A stretch of DNA of 64,000 nucleotides, from contig CAWAUM010000001.1 in assembly GCA_963785235.1 (NCBI GenBank), positions 640,001-704,000 of the forward strand. The letters run 5' to 3'. The DNA comes from an uncultured delta proteobacterium. GTDB lineage: Bacteria; Desulfobacterota; Desulfomonilia; UBA1062. Positions 48,316-60,235 of this stretch are shown here, piece after piece. The notes under the pieces are model-generated. The model worked only from the letters and a program-made list of their open reading frames with translations, had not been told where the DNA came from and did no database searches. Both the position numbers and the translations under genes were made by a program. How positions within the stretch are numbered: position 1 is the stretch's first letter; the number at the start of each line of letters is the position of its first letter.

Positions 48316-48882
48316 ATGATGCGGTTTCTCAAACCTGTAAACATCACTGACTCGGTCCATATTATCAGGATATGTGCGCAGTGGCTTAGCCAGGGGCTTG
48401 GTTTAAGGATCGTGGAGTATCGTATTGGAAACTCCTTTACCGGGAGCATTGATGTCCTGGCCGTTGACAAGGACAAGATCTATCTTGTTACCATCAACAC
48501 AGGCAAGCTCAGCGATGCATTGCTCGGGGCCCTGACCGGTTACCGGTGGTATCTGGAGAACCGGGAGTTTCTCGCCAGGGTCTACCAGCCAGGTGAGGTC
48601 GACTTCACCTTGCCCACGATGCTCATGATCCTCTCCCCATCATTTCCTCCTGAGATTAATTCTATCCTCCAATATAGCCTGAAGGCTGATGTGAGGCTGT
48701 TTCAGTATGTCATCCTCGGTTCGGAAAGTGACCCGGACATCTATGTGGAAGAGATATGCACATCCCAGGCGCTGCAGGAGCTGACACAGGATTTTGCAGG
48801 CCTTACGAAGGAACTCGGGATAGAGAAAGCAGGGCTGACCGACAAGGAGATAAGCGAATTTCTCATGGCCATGCGGGCATGA
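48316..48882 (+). CDS. hypothetical protein with a PD-(D/E)xK/NucS-like core
   Basis: 'GSIDVLAVD...IYLV', 'W', 'LMILSPSF'; GGAGGG RBS; 3 nt after the previous stop. Confidence 0.6.
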   Translation: MMRFLKPVNITDSVHIIRICAQWLSQGLGLRIVEYRIGNSFTGSIDVLAVDKDKIYLVTINTGKLSDALLGALTGYRWYLENREFLARVYQPGEVDFTLPTMLMILSPSFPPEINSILQYSLKADVRLFQYVILGSESDPDIYVEEICTSQALQELTQDFAGLTKELGIEKAGLTDKEISEFLMAMRA

Positions 48883-48896
48883 GGAGGCAATCGGAT

Positions 48897-49892
48897 TCAG
48901 TGCGCCGTAGGTTCATCTAGGGTAGGTACCTGCACCGCAGGTTGCTGTACTATGGGCTCCTGTACCGCGGTTGTAGGTTTCTGTACCACTGGTTGCTGTA
49001 CTGCAGGTTGTTGAACAGCAGGAACCTGCACCGTGGGTTGCTGTGCGATGGGCTCCTGTACTGCGGTTGTAGGTTTCTGCAAAGATGGGCTGTCTTTGCT
49101 GGGCAGACTGGAATATGTGACGATTTCAGTAGATTTTATCCACTTTGTCCGTATCTCACTATCAATGCCCTTTTCTTTCACTGCCTGGAGGCCCTGGTTG
49201 ATCAGATTGAGGACCTCTGTATTGCCCTTCCTGACCGCGATCCCATAATACTCTTTGGGTATCTGAACCCCATCGGGCAATATGCAGGTAGTGAGAGAGA
49301 ACTTATCCTTATAACTGTTGTTGCATGTGGCATAATCCAAAGCCATGGGTGAATCGCAAAGTATGCCATCGATAAAGCCTTTTGACAGATCCTTGAATGC
49401 CTTGTCGGTTTCTTCAACCGTATAGAAGGCAATGTTGACCTTCTGGTACAACCTGATCGCCTCTGCCCCGGTTGTTAATTTGAAGGCAGCAATACTCTTT
49501 TCCCGTAATGGTTCTTCTCTCTTGGCCTTGGGGACGACAAAAAGCTGTTCTGTAGTATAATAGGGCTCGGAGAAATCGTACTTGTCTTTTCTGGCCTCCG
49601 TTATACTCACCGAGGCCATCACGGCATCATATTTGCCTTTTTCGAGACCAGTGAATATAGTTTTCCACGGCACCTCTACAAATTTTACCCGAAAACCTGC
49701 AGCCTCTCCCATGGCCTTAATGAGGTCGATCTCATAGCCGATTATCTTCCCCTTCTTGTCTTTCATCTCCATGGGCGGCCAGTTGGGATTTATTGCCACA
49801 ACAAGCGTTTTACCTGCGAGTGCCGGTGTGCTCAGGAACACACATAACAAAATGCCTGACAGCAAATAATGGATCCAGCGTTTCAATACCAT
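48897..49892 (-). CDS. polar amino-acid ABC substrate-binding protein with Pro/Gln/Val repeat tail
   Basis: 'WPPME', 'GYEIDL', 'ITEARK..YDFSEPY', 'YYGIAVRKGN'. Confidence 0.92.
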   Translation of the reverse strand: MVLKRWIHYLLSGILLCVFLSTPALAGKTLVVAINPNWPPMEMKDKKGKIIGYEIDLIKAMGEAAGFRVKFVEVPWKTIFTGLEKGKYDAVMASVSITEARKDKYDFSEPYYTTEQLFVVPKAKREEPLREKSIAAFKLTTGAEAIRLYQKVNIAFYTVEETDKAFKDLSKGFIDGILCDSPMALDYATCNNSYKDKFSLTTCILPDGVQIPKEYYGIAVRKGNTEVLNLINQGLQAVKEKGIDSEIRTKWIKSTEIVTYSSLPSKDSPSLQKPTTAVQEPIAQQPTVQVPAVQQPAVQQPVVQKPTTAVQEPIVQQPAVQVPTLDEPTAH

Positions 49893-50078
49893 TCAGTATC
49901 CTCCAAGTAGTGAAATTAGATAATATCCAGAGAAGAACTGCAAGGCAATTTTATTTTTAAAAAAGTATGCTTCACACAGAAGAACCAAAGGCATACAATA
50001 GATCAAGAGCAAATAAGTCGAATTATCATGGGAGGGCGTCCTATGAGCAGATGGATGATGGAGCTGTTCTTGGCATGG

Positions 50079-51017
50079 ATGGAAAAGAACAGCCATATAC
50101 CCATTAACAGACGGCAGTTCATGAAGTATCAGGTAAAAGGGGCGCTCCTTCTCACAACCGTTTCCTCAGGCCTTATCATACCACGGATGCTCCACGGCGC
50201 ATCAGTCCCTGATATCGGGATCGCACAAGGTGACCCTGCAGCAGCAACGCGTGCAGCGGTAAACCTCTTAGGCGGCATGAAGGCCTTTGTCAAGTCAGGC
50301 CAAAAGGTGGTGATAAAGCCCAACATGAGCTTTGACGGTCCTGTATCAGATGCCGTCAATACCCATCCGGAAGTCATCCGTGAGCTCGCCCTCATGTGCA
50401 AAGAGGCCGGTGCCTCCAGGATCAGGGTGCTCGACCATACGCTCCGTCCGTCCGAGCAGTGCATCCAGGGAGCCAGAGATGCATGCCGTGTCTTTGGCAA
50501 TGACATCGTCCATGCCCTTGACAAGGAAGAATTCTACCAGGAGGTTGCGATCAGCAAAGGGGTTTCGTTGAGTCAGACAGATGTCATGAAAGATGTCCTG
50601 GAATCAGATGTCCTCATAGCCGCTCCAGTGGCCAAATCCCATGGCAGTACGGGTGTGAGCCTGTCCATGAAGGGCATGATGGGGCTTGTACTCAACAGAT
50701 CAATAATGCACTGGCGTTACAACCTCCATTCATCCATCGCGGACCTGTGTACCATCCTCAAGCCCAAGCTCGTGGTCATAGACGCCACCAGGGTGCTGAC
50801 CACCAATGGCCCCGGGGGGCCGGGCAAGGTGATTACGCCTAAAACAGTCATTGCCTCCCGCGACATGGTGGCTGCAGACGCAACGGCTGTAGCCATGTTT
50901 GAGTGGTACGGTAAAAAAATGGAACCCCGCCAGGTAAAACATATCAAACTCGCACATGAACGGGGCCTTGGCCGCATGGACATCCAGAACCTCAATACCA
51001 AGAAAGTCATTGCCTAG
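50079..51017 (+). CDS. Tat-exported DUF362 Fe-S protein
   Basis: 'NRRQFMK' Tat motif; 'VVIKPN', 'THPEV', 'KSH', 'SMKG.MG', 'D.VAADA'. Confidence 0.9.
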   Translation: MEKNSHIPINRRQFMKYQVKGALLLTTVSSGLIIPRMLHGASVPDIGIAQGDPAAATRAAVNLLGGMKAFVKSGQKVVIKPNMSFDGPVSDAVNTHPEVIRELALMCKEAGASRIRVLDHTLRPSEQCIQGARDACRVFGNDIVHALDKEEFYQEVAISKGVSLSQTDVMKDVLESDVLIAAPVAKSHGSTGVSLSMKGMMGLVLNRSIMHWRYNLHSSIADLCTILKPKLVVIDATRVLTTNGPGGPGKVITPKTVIASRDMVAADATAVAMFEWYGKKMEPRQVKHIKLAHERGLGRMDIQNLNTKKVIA

Positions 51018-52652
51018 ATGACGTTAAGGAGAGTTATTCAGGCTGCAAGCTTTGTATTTTTCCTGGTTCTTCTGTGGTATGCGGCCTTTCCCCTGGTATT
51101 GCCGGTGCCGGTGGATCTCTTTCTCAGGATGGACCCGCTCATTTTATTTACCTTCATCATTACTACCTGGGGGTTTATAGCCCTGCTACTGCCTGGTGTT
51201 GCAGTCGTAGTACTTACCCTTGTTTTCGGAAGGTTCTTCTGCTCCATGGTATGCCCGCTCGGAACCTCTATTGATATATCGGACAGATTAATCAGGGGTA
51301 CAAAGACAATTGAGAGGGAAAGCACATCACATAAGGAGAGATGGAAGCTCATTAAATACCTTGTCTTCCTGTTTATCCTGGGTGCCGCCCTTCTCAGGGT
51401 ATCACTGGCTGCTTATGGCGCCCCCATACCCATCATTACGCGGTTTTACGCCCTGCTGGTCTATCCCGTATTCACCCTCATTGCAGATGCAGGTTTCACG
51501 ATTATCAGGCCTATTGCTGACAAGGCTGGTATCGCATCGCTCGCTTATGCCGACCTTTTAAACCCGGTGTTTGCCATGCAGTGGTTTATCATTGTCCTGC
51601 CGGGGGTGATAGTTGCATCAGCCTTCTGGGCGCCACGCTTCTGGTGCCGCTACCTGTGCCCGTCAGGGGCGATATTCGCGCTCTTTTCCATGCGGCCCCT
51701 TCTCATCAGGCGACGCGTAAGCAGGCAATGCACATCCTGCGGGCTGTGCAGGAAAGGGTGTCCCATGGATGCAATTGCCGAGGACCCACATGCCACAGAT
51801 TTTGCCGAGTGCATTGTCTGCAGGAGATGTTCTGATATCTGCCCCGAAGATGCTGTGCGTTTTACTTCCAATAAAGGGGATATGGCTCAGCGTGTTATAC
51901 GGTTTTCCGCGAACAGAAGGGCGCTCATCGGCTCAGCCCTGTCAGGTCTTCTGGCAGCATTGATTGTCCGAGCCGGGCTCAAGGGCATGGCATGCGAAGG
52001 CGGCCCGGGCCGGATCATGGATTCAATGCTGATCAGGCCGCCCGGCGCTGTCCCTGAGTGTTTTTTTCTGGATAAATGTGTCGGGTGCGGCGAGTGCATG
52101 AAGGCATGCCCAACAAACACGCTGCAGCCTTCAGGTATGGCAGCAGGGCTTGCCGGGTTCTTCAGCCCGGTCGTTATTCCCCGCAGAGGCCCGTGCGATC
52201 CCACCTGTAACGCCTGCGGGCATGTGTGTCCGACAGAGGCCATCCGGCCGCTGTCCATGGAAGAAAAGAGATATGCCAAGATCGGCACGGCATCCATTAT
52301 GCGTCAGAGGTGCATTGCCTGGGAATATGGCAGGCCATGCCTGATCTGCGACGAGGTCTGCCCTTACGGCGCCATCAGCCTGCAACAGGTAAGCGGCTTA
52401 GAGGTAGGAGTACCCTATGTGGAAGAGAGCAGGTGCAATGGATGCGGATTCTGTGAATACTACTGTCCTGTGCAGGCAAAGGCCGCCATTGTGGTGGAGC
52501 CCATGGATGCCATACGACTGGATAAGGGATCGTACCGCGACAAGGGCAAGCAAATCGGGCTTGCTATCGAACCCAAGCAGCAGGGTAAGCCTGAATCGCC
52601 TGAGAAGCCCAAGGAGCCTGAAGATGTACTGCCACCCGGGTTCACTGAGTGA
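51018..52652 (+). CDS. membrane polyferredoxin (NapH/MauN plus NapG/MauM-like fusion)
   Basis: 'GRFFCSMVCPLG', 'RFWCRYLCP.G', 'RPPGA', multiple CxxCxxCxxxCP motifs. Confidence 0.92.
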   Translation: MTLRRVIQAASFVFFLVLLWYAAFPLVLPVPVDLFLRMDPLILFTFIITTWGFIALLLPGVAVVVLTLVFGRFFCSMVCPLGTSIDISDRLIRGTKTIERESTSHKERWKLIKYLVFLFILGAALLRVSLAAYGAPIPIITRFYALLVYPVFTLIADAGFTIIRPIADKAGIASLAYADLLNPVFAMQWFIIVLPGVIVASAFWAPRFWCRYLCPSGAIFALFSMRPLLIRRRVSRQCTSCGLCRKGCPMDAIAEDPHATDFAECIVCRRCSDICPEDAVRFTSNKGDMAQRVIRFSANRRALIGSALSGLLAALIVRAGLKGMACEGGPGRIMDSMLIRPPGAVPECFFLDKCVGCGECMKACPTNTLQPSGMAAGLAGFFSPVVIPRRGPCDPTCNACGHVCPTEAIRPLSMEEKRYAKIGTASIMRQRCIAWEYGRPCLICDEVCPYGAISLQQVSGLEVGVPYVEESRCNGCGFCEYYCPVQAKAAIVVEPMDAIRLDKGSYRDKGKQIGLAIEPKQQGKPESPEKPKEPEDVLPPGFTE

Positions 52653-52771
52653 GGATAGGGCACGAAGGATTTGAACGGATCAGGTTTTACGCTTCTTAAA
52701 CGTAAAAATCAGGGTCATACGAGTTATATGATAGTTCCCAAGATGAGCCCAATGCCGTATAATAGCGAATA

Positions 52772-54184
52772 ATGGAAGCGACAAGAGAATCTATCCATTT
52801 TCGCATACTGTACAGCATTACTTTTGTCTTTGTCATCGTACTCACGCAACTGAGTGCATGCCAGCCGAAGATCATATATAAGTATAATTACTACAGTGTA
52901 CCTGCACTCGCCCCTGGGACGAGTCCTGAGATGAATACCGCCGGGTTCTGGATCGGCCGTCATCCTGATCCTGATGATGTTATCATGGCAGAGCAGGATA
53001 TTACCGACTTTAATGCATATATCGTAAAGAAGACAAAGGCTGTTCGTGATGTACTCCAACTCTCGCTGTCTCGTGACGGTAGGGCACTGGGCGGGTCGTT
53101 ACGGAACATGCTTGCCCAGAATCAGGGCTATATGGACAGCAGCGGGGTTGTCATGACCAAGGACTTCATCAGTCACATGGAGGTCCTCATGGGTATTGAT
53201 CAGATCCCGCCATCCATCACTGCACGTTTTGCATATGTGGTCCGGCCTACCGACCAGAGGCTGCTGCCTACGGCAAAGCCGTTTTACAAGAGCGCCACTG
53301 ACACTGCAATCGACAGGCTCCAGAATAATGCCCTTGATGCTGCAACACCTGTTCTTGTACTTACGGAGAGCACCGACCGTGCATGGGTTTATGTCATATC
53401 ACCCAACTCCGAAGGATGGGTACCCTCGGCTAATGTTGCCTTGTGCCCCAAAGAGGAGATGGAGCGATATGAGGCGAGCTCGGACTTTGTCGTGAGTACT
53501 GATGCCAAGACCGACATCTATAAAGACCCCTGGCTCAGACAACACCTTGCCTACATTCACATGGGTATCAGGCTCCCTCTTGTCCGGCAATGGGATAACG
53601 GTATCATCCAGGTCCTTGTCCCGGTCCGCACCCAAGAAGGGGGGTGTACGTTTGAAGCCGCTTATGTCGCAGCTTCACAGGTCCACCGGGGCTTTCTTTC
53701 CTACACCCCGCGCAACGCCATAAGCCAGGCCTTCAAGCTGCTTAATGCCCCTTACGGGTGGGGCGGCATGTACGGTGAGCAGGATTGCTCCCGTTTTATC
53801 CAGGAGGTCTTCGCCACTATGGGCATAACGCTGCCCAGGAATTCCTCCCAGCAGGGCAAGGTGGGTAAGCTCATGGCGAATTTCACCAAGGCAAACCCTC
53901 AAAACGACCGCCTGGGTATACTCGAAGGCTCCGTGGTGGCAGGCATTACAACACTCCAGTTCCCAGGACATATCATGCTTTTTATCGGCTCATTCGATGG
54001 GATGCCGTATGCCATACATGACCTCTACGCATACACCGAGCCTGCCCAGCCTGACGAAAGGCTTGTCCCTATCAATCGTGTGGTGGTGAGCAGCCTGGCC
54101 ATCGGGGATGGTACGAAAAAAGGCTCGCTCCTCATGCGCCTTGGAGCGGTGAGAGAGGTATCTGCTGAGCCCCCGCCGAACTGA
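52772..54184 (+). CDS. SH3/NlpC-P60 peptidoglycan endopeptidase lipoprotein
   Basis: Lipobox LSAC; 'PYGWGG...DCS', 'LPRNS..Q', 'GHIML'. Confidence 0.9.
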   Translation: MEATRESIHFRILYSITFVFVIVLTQLSACQPKIIYKYNYYSVPALAPGTSPEMNTAGFWIGRHPDPDDVIMAEQDITDFNAYIVKKTKAVRDVLQLSLSRDGRALGGSLRNMLAQNQGYMDSSGVVMTKDFISHMEVLMGIDQIPPSITARFAYVVRPTDQRLLPTAKPFYKSATDTAIDRLQNNALDAATPVLVLTESTDRAWVYVISPNSEGWVPSANVALCPKEEMERYEASSDFVVSTDAKTDIYKDPWLRQHLAYIHMGIRLPLVRQWDNGIIQVLVPVRTQEGGCTFEAAYVAASQVHRGFLSYTPRNAISQAFKLLNAPYGWGGMYGEQDCSRFIQEVFATMGITLPRNSSQQGKVGKLMANFTKANPQNDRLGILEGSVVAGITTLQFPGHIMLFIGSFDGMPYAIHDLYAYTEPAQPDERLVPINRVVVSSLAIGDGTKKGSLLMRLGAVREVSAEPPPN

Positions 54185-54274
54185 TTGATTTTTGCCGGTC
54201 TTTATATCCCCACTGGTTTTATTGCTGCCCGGACTTATACTAATAAGCAACACATGCATTGATGGAGAGGGCTT

Positions 54275-54856
54275 GTGAACAACCTTATCGTATATGTACA
54301 TCCGAACCCGGCGAGCTTTAACCATGCCATTATGGAGACATATGCCGCGGAATTGAGGGCGTACGGCCATGAGGTGCGCATACGTGACCTGTATGCTTTA
54401 GGTTTCAATCCGGTAATAACGCTGGCGGACTATGACATGGTCGACCGGGGAGAGCCCCCTGAAGACATCAGGCAGGAGCAGGATCACATCCAATGGGCCG
54501 ATATTGTGTCCTTTATCTCCCCTATCTTCTGGGCAGGCATGCCTGCGATGCTCAAGGGATACGTGGACAAGGTATTTTCACTGGGCTTTGCCTATTCCTT
54601 CCAGGGGGACAGGCCCAAGGGACTGCTTCGGGGCAAGAAGGCCGTCATCCTCAATTCCACAGGCGGCAGCCTCATGTATCACAGGAAGTCAGGCATGCTC
54701 GACAGCATCAGAACGACAATCGACGGCGGGATATTCAGGTTTTGCGGCATTGAGGTGCTGGAACACCGGTTTTTCATGGGGGTTCCCATTGCCACCCCTG
54801 CCGAGAGGGAAAGGATGCTGGCCGAGGTGAGGGATATCGTCCGGTCCCTGCGTTAA
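54275..54856 (+). CDS. NAD(P)H-dependent oxidoreductase (Flavodoxin_2)
   Basis: 'HP..SFN', 'RDLY...FNPV', 'P.FW..MPAMLKGYVDKVF'. Confidence 0.92.
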   Translation: MNNLIVYVHPNPASFNHAIMETYAAELRAYGHEVRIRDLYALGFNPVITLADYDMVDRGEPPEDIRQEQDHIQWADIVSFISPIFWAGMPAMLKGYVDKVFSLGFAYSFQGDRPKGLLRGKKAVILNSTGGSLMYHRKSGMLDSIRTTIDGGIFRFCGIEVLEHRFFMGVPIATPAERERMLAEVRDIVRSLR

Positions 54857-54975
54857 GGAGCTCATGGAACGGGCTGCTGTGGGCATTGACTGTTTAGCAA
54901 TACAGGCTTATTATTCTTATAGAATCTGGATCCATTCATTTGCCTGAACAACGAAGTTTTGGGAGGCGGCCCTCA

Positions 54976-57900
54976 ATGAGCGGGAAAAAGGGGGAATCAA
55001 CGCAGGATATCAAGAAAGGCACCCAAGGGCTTCAGGATGAAATCAAGGCAATGCATTCAGAGATTAAGTCGTTGAAAAAGGATCTTGCCGGCCACGAGAA
55101 ACTGAGCACGAATCTGAAGGAAACCCGGGAACTCTTTGATACCCTCACCTCGAACATGCTCGACGGCCTGATTGTAATTGACTGGGACGGCAATATCCTG
55201 TTTGCCAATAAGGCTGTGTATCGGATCGTAGGTCTCAAGCCCAAGAGATCATCAAGAGGCTTAAACATAGTCCAATTCCTTCACCCTGATGACCTTCAGA
55301 AGGCACTCGAAATCCAAATGCTTGTCAAGGCCGGAAAGGCAGGTTCTCTCAATCAATACAGGATCATAACGCATAAGCAAGACCAGAAGTGGATTGAAGC
55401 CATCGGACAACGTGTATCTTTTGGCGGCCAGGATGCAAGCCTGGTAACATTCCGTGACATCACCGAGCGAAAAAAATGGAAGAACTGCTCCAACTGTCTG
55501 AGAAAAAATTCTCTGAGGCCTTCCTCTCAAGCCCTGACTCCATGGTGATATCCGACCCTGCTACAGGAAGGATTATCGATGCCAACAAGGCCATAGAAAA
55601 ATGGTCAGGGTATAAACGCAACGAGCTTATCGGGAAGACTACCCTGGATATCAAGCTATGGGCAAACCAGAGTGACCGGGAGCAATTCATAAAGAGTCTT
55701 TCTGCCAGAGACTCAATCGGGAGCTCTCAGGTGAAACTTGCCAGGAAAGACGGCCAGGAAAGGGATGTTTTCCTCTCGGCACGTCTTATTGAGATCGGGG
55801 ACAAGACGTACATTCTCTCCCTGGCCCGCGACATCACCGAACAGAAGAAGGTGGAAAAGGACCTTAAAGAGAGCGAAGAGCGTTTCCGGGCCCTCCACGA
55901 AGCGTCATTCGGCGGCATAGGCATTCATGACAAGGGTATTATTCTGGACTGCAACCATGGCCTTGTCCATATCACCGGCTACTCAATGGATGAGCTTATC
56001 GGTATGAACGGGCTTGATCTCATCGCACCCAAATGGCGCGAGCTTGTAATGCAAAATATCGTTTCAGGGTATGAAAAAACCTACGATGTGGAAGGTGTGC
56101 GAAAAGACGGTACGACCTATCCATTGGAGATCATTGGCAAGAGCATTCCCTATCATGGCCGGACTGTAAGGGTGACCGAATTCAGGGACTTCACCGGGCG
56201 CGTACAGGAGCAAGAGGCCTTGCGTGAGAGCGAGGACCGCTACCGGAAGATCGTTGCGGCAATTACGGATTATATCTACACCGTCCATGTTGAAGGAGGC
56301 CGTGCGGTCTCTACGGAGCACAGCCCTGCATGCGAGGCCGTGACAGGATACAGGGTGGATGAATTCAATGCTGATCCGTTTCTCTGGTTAACTATGGTTG
56401 TGGAGGATGACCGGGAGCAGGTGCGGGAATATTTCAACCAGGTCCTTATGGATAGGCATGTCGGGCCTATCGAGCACCGCATTTATCACAAGGATGGCTC
56501 AGTGCGCTGGGTTTCCAATATGCCTGTGGTCCACCGGGACGAAGCAGGGGCCATTATTTCATACGATGGGGTGTTGAGTGATATCACCCAGCGGAAAAAG
56601 GCAGAAGAGGCCATCAGGCAGCGGCAGGCCAAGCTGGACAGTATCTTCCGGGCTGCACCCACAGGCATCGGGGTTGTGGCTGACCGGATCCTCTTGGAGG
56701 TCAATGACCGCATCTGTGAGATGACAGGCTATTCACGCGAAGAACTGGTGGGAAAACCGGCCCGCATCTTCTATCCGACCCAGGAAGACTCGGATTATGT
56801 GGGTTCTGAGAAATATCGACAGATAAGGGACAAGGGCACCGGCACTGTAGAGACACACTGGAAAAAAAAGGACGGCACCATCATCGACATCCTGTTGAGT
56901 TCTACCCCCATCATGCCGGGGGACCTCCTGGCAGGGGTAACGTTCACTGCCCTGGACATCACTGAGCGAAAACGTGCAGAAGAGGCCCTGCGCGAATCAC
57001 AGCAGATGCTGCGCCTGGTGCTGGACACTATTCCGGTGCGGGTTTTCTGGAAAGACAAAGATTCGAACTACCTGGGCTGTAACCGTCAATTTGCCGGTGA
57101 TGCCGGACTGGCATCCACTGAAGAGGTCATAGGCAAGAACGATTTTGATTTAAGCTGGTCGGAACAGGCTGATCTCTATCGCGGGTATGACCATGAGGTT
57201 ATCAGCACCGGGGAACCGAAACTCAATTATGTCCAGCCTGAAACACGCTCGGACGGTTCTCTGGTTTGGCAGCGGACGAGTAAAGTCCCTCTCCTTGATG
57301 CAAGGGGAGAAACCAAAGGTGTACTGGGTATCTATGAAGATATCACCCAGAGTAAACGCATTGATGAGGCCCTGAAAGAAAGCGAGGAACGCTACCGCCT
57401 CATGGCCGAGCTGACAGGTAAGCTCGTGTATGACTTAGATGTCCCAACAGGTCACATCACCTGGCATGGGGCCATATCGCAGATTACCGGCTATAGCCCT
57501 GAGGAGTTTGGGGCAGTGGATATAAAGGCGTTCAACGAGATGATCCATCCTGAGGACCGCACTGAGGTGATTGTAATTCTTGAGGCGGCCCTGAAGGAGT
57601 GTGGCCCATATAATGCCGAGTACTGTCTGCGGAGAAAGGACGGCTCGAATATTTTTGTGGAGGACCGCGGCGTTTTCCTCCCTGATGACAAAGGCAGGGC
57701 AATCCGCATGCTGGGCAGCCTGGGCGACATCTCTGTGCGCAAGCAGGCTGAAGAGGCGATACGCGAGGCAGAGAAGCGATACCGCACCCTTTTCGAGAGT
57801 GCCAATGATGCAATCTTTATTATGAGTGAGGACAGGTTCATCGAGTGCAACCAGATGACGCTGAACATGTTCGGGTGTGACAGCAAGGATGACATCTTCG

Positions 57901-60072
57901 GTTGCAGGCCGTGGGAATTCAGCCCCATTGAGCAGCCTGATGGAAGGGCTTCCACGGAAAAAGCACTGGAATTCATCAACGCCGCCTTTGATGGAACGCC
58001 CCAGCATTTTTACTGGAAACATGCCCGAAAGGACGGGACACCTTTTGACGCCGAGGTCACTTTGAACCGGATTGAACTGGGGGACCAGCCGTACCTCCAG
58101 GCCCTGGTAAGGGATATCACCGAGCGAATGAAGGCCGAGGAGGCGTTACGCCAAAAAACAGAGGAACTGGACCGCTTCTTCAACATCACCTTGGATCTGC
58201 TCTGCATAGCGGATACCGAAGGCAATTTCCGGCATTTGAATAAGGCCTGGGAAAAGACGCTGGACTATACACTTGATGAGCTTAAGACCAGGCGTTTCTT
58301 TGATTTCATCCATCCTGACGATATCCAGAGCACCAAAGATGTAGTGGCGACACTGGCCTCCCAGAAAGAGGTGGTCAATTTCGTCAATCGCTACCGGCAC
58401 AAGGATGGTACCTATCGGTTTCTCGAATGGCGATCTGCGCCCTCAGGCAACTTGATCTATGCTGCAGCCCGTGACATTACCGAACGCAAGGAAGCGGAAG
58501 AGGCACTGAGAGAGAGCGAGGAGCGTTTCCGCTCATTGATCCAGAGCTCCACGGACATCATCGTTATCCTGGATGAGAATGGATTAATCACCTATGAGTC
58601 CCCGTCCATGGAACAGGTCCTGAAATATCCGGCCGGGGAAATGATCGGCAAGAGCCCCCTTGATTATATACATCCTGAGGATGTCGGGACAGTGGTAACC
58701 GCATTGGCCGAGGTCTTTGAGGAACTCAACCCTGGTATTCCTACGGAATTCCGCTTTCAAAGGGCAGACGGCACCTGGGTGCACCTGGAGGCTATCGGGA
58801 ATAACCTTATAAATTATCCCGGCATCAACGGTGTCGTCATTACTGCCCGTGATATAACCGAGCGCAAGAAGGCAGAAGAACAGAAGCTCGATATGGAGCG
58901 CCGCATGCTCCATGCCCAGAAACTTGAAAGCTTAGGGGTCATGGCAGGCGGCATTGCACACGACTTCAACAATCTCCTCATGGCGATTCTCGGCAACTTG
59001 GATCTTGCCCGGCTTGACCTCTCGCCGGTTTCACGTTCCAGGCCCTTCATCGATCAGGCCCTGAAGGCCGGCCGGAGGGCTGCAGACCTCACGAACCAGA
59101 TGCTTGCGTATTCAGGTAAGGGCAGGTTCGATCTGAAGCCGTTCGACCTGAGCGAGCTTGTACAGGAGATGGCGCACCTGCTTAAGGCTTCCATCTCCAA
59201 GACCGTTACCCTTAACCTCCAGATGGAGGGTAACCTCCCGTCCATTGTGGCCGATCCGAGCCAGATCCAGCAGATCATCATGAACCTTATCGTGAATGCA
59301 TCAGAGGCCGTTGGCGACCATCCCGGAGTCGTAACCATTACTACAGGCGCCTTGGAATGCGACCAGGATTACCTGCAGGACAGCCGTCTCAAGGAGAAGC
59401 CGAATCCCGGCACCTATGTATTCTTCGAGGTCAGGGATACGGGGTGCGGTATGGACGAAGAAACCAAAGATCGCCTCTTTGATCCGTTCTTCACTACCAA
59501 ATTTACGGGCCGCGGCCTGGGCATGGCCGCAGTCCTGGGTATTGTGAGCGGGCACAAGGGCGCCATTATGGTGGAGTCCGAACCCGGCGAAGGAGCAACC
59601 ATCAGGGTAATGTTTCCGGCATTGCAGGGCAAGGGAACCCTTAAAGGGGTAAGAACCAGTGTATCCATAAAGGAGCCTGAGAAGGCGGCAGAAGCACTTG
59701 CCTCAGGCATGGTCCTCATAGCAGACGATGAGGATATGGTGCTGGACCTCTGCCGGTCCATGGTTGAGCGGCTGGGGTACAAGGTGATCACGGCCAAAGA
59801 TGGAGAAGAAGCAGTCAAGATCTTCCATGAGCAGGCTGATGGAGATCGTCTGCGTTATCTTGGACCTCACCATGCCTAAATTGGATGGTCTGGCGGCCTA
59901 TGATGAGCTCCGGCGCATCAAGCCGGATGTAAAGGTGATCATCAGCAGCGGCTATGACGAACAGGAGACTATCGATCGCTTTGCCGGCAAGGGCCTTGCA
60001 GGAATCATCAAGAAGCCTTACGAGTTTTCAAGTCTCGGTGCTGAGTTGACCAGGGTGCTGAAGGATCTTTAG
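54976..60072 (+). CDS. large multi-PAS hybrid histidine kinase, frameshifts near 55475 and 59840
   Basis: About ten PAS/PAC units ending 'DITERK'; 'AGGIAHDFNNLL'; 'FDPFFTTK..GRGLG'; receiver 'ADDE..DLTMP..KP'. Confidence 0.93.
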
Positions 60073-60151
60073 AAAACAAGGCATAATACCTTTCGCATGA
60101 CTCTTCCTTACAATCAATGGATTTTGTACTTGAGATGCGTAAAATACTTGA

Positions 60152-60235
60152 TCCGTTAAAAACCTGCATCTTGCAGCATTTGCTCTATGCTTATTCTGTG
60201 AACCTGAAAGCTGCAAGATGCAGGTTTTGAACGGA
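60152..60235. repeat. long palindromic (MITE/REP-like) element, copy 2
   Basis: 26-bp inverted repeat TCCGTTAAAAACCTGCATCTTGCAGC (60152-60177 / 60210-60235, one mismatch), 32-nt spacer. Confidence 0.9.

Noticed and set aside
55476-58900. Recurring GACATCACCGAGCG-like sequences as a DNA repeat array
   Set aside because: They encode the DITERK motif of successive PAC domains
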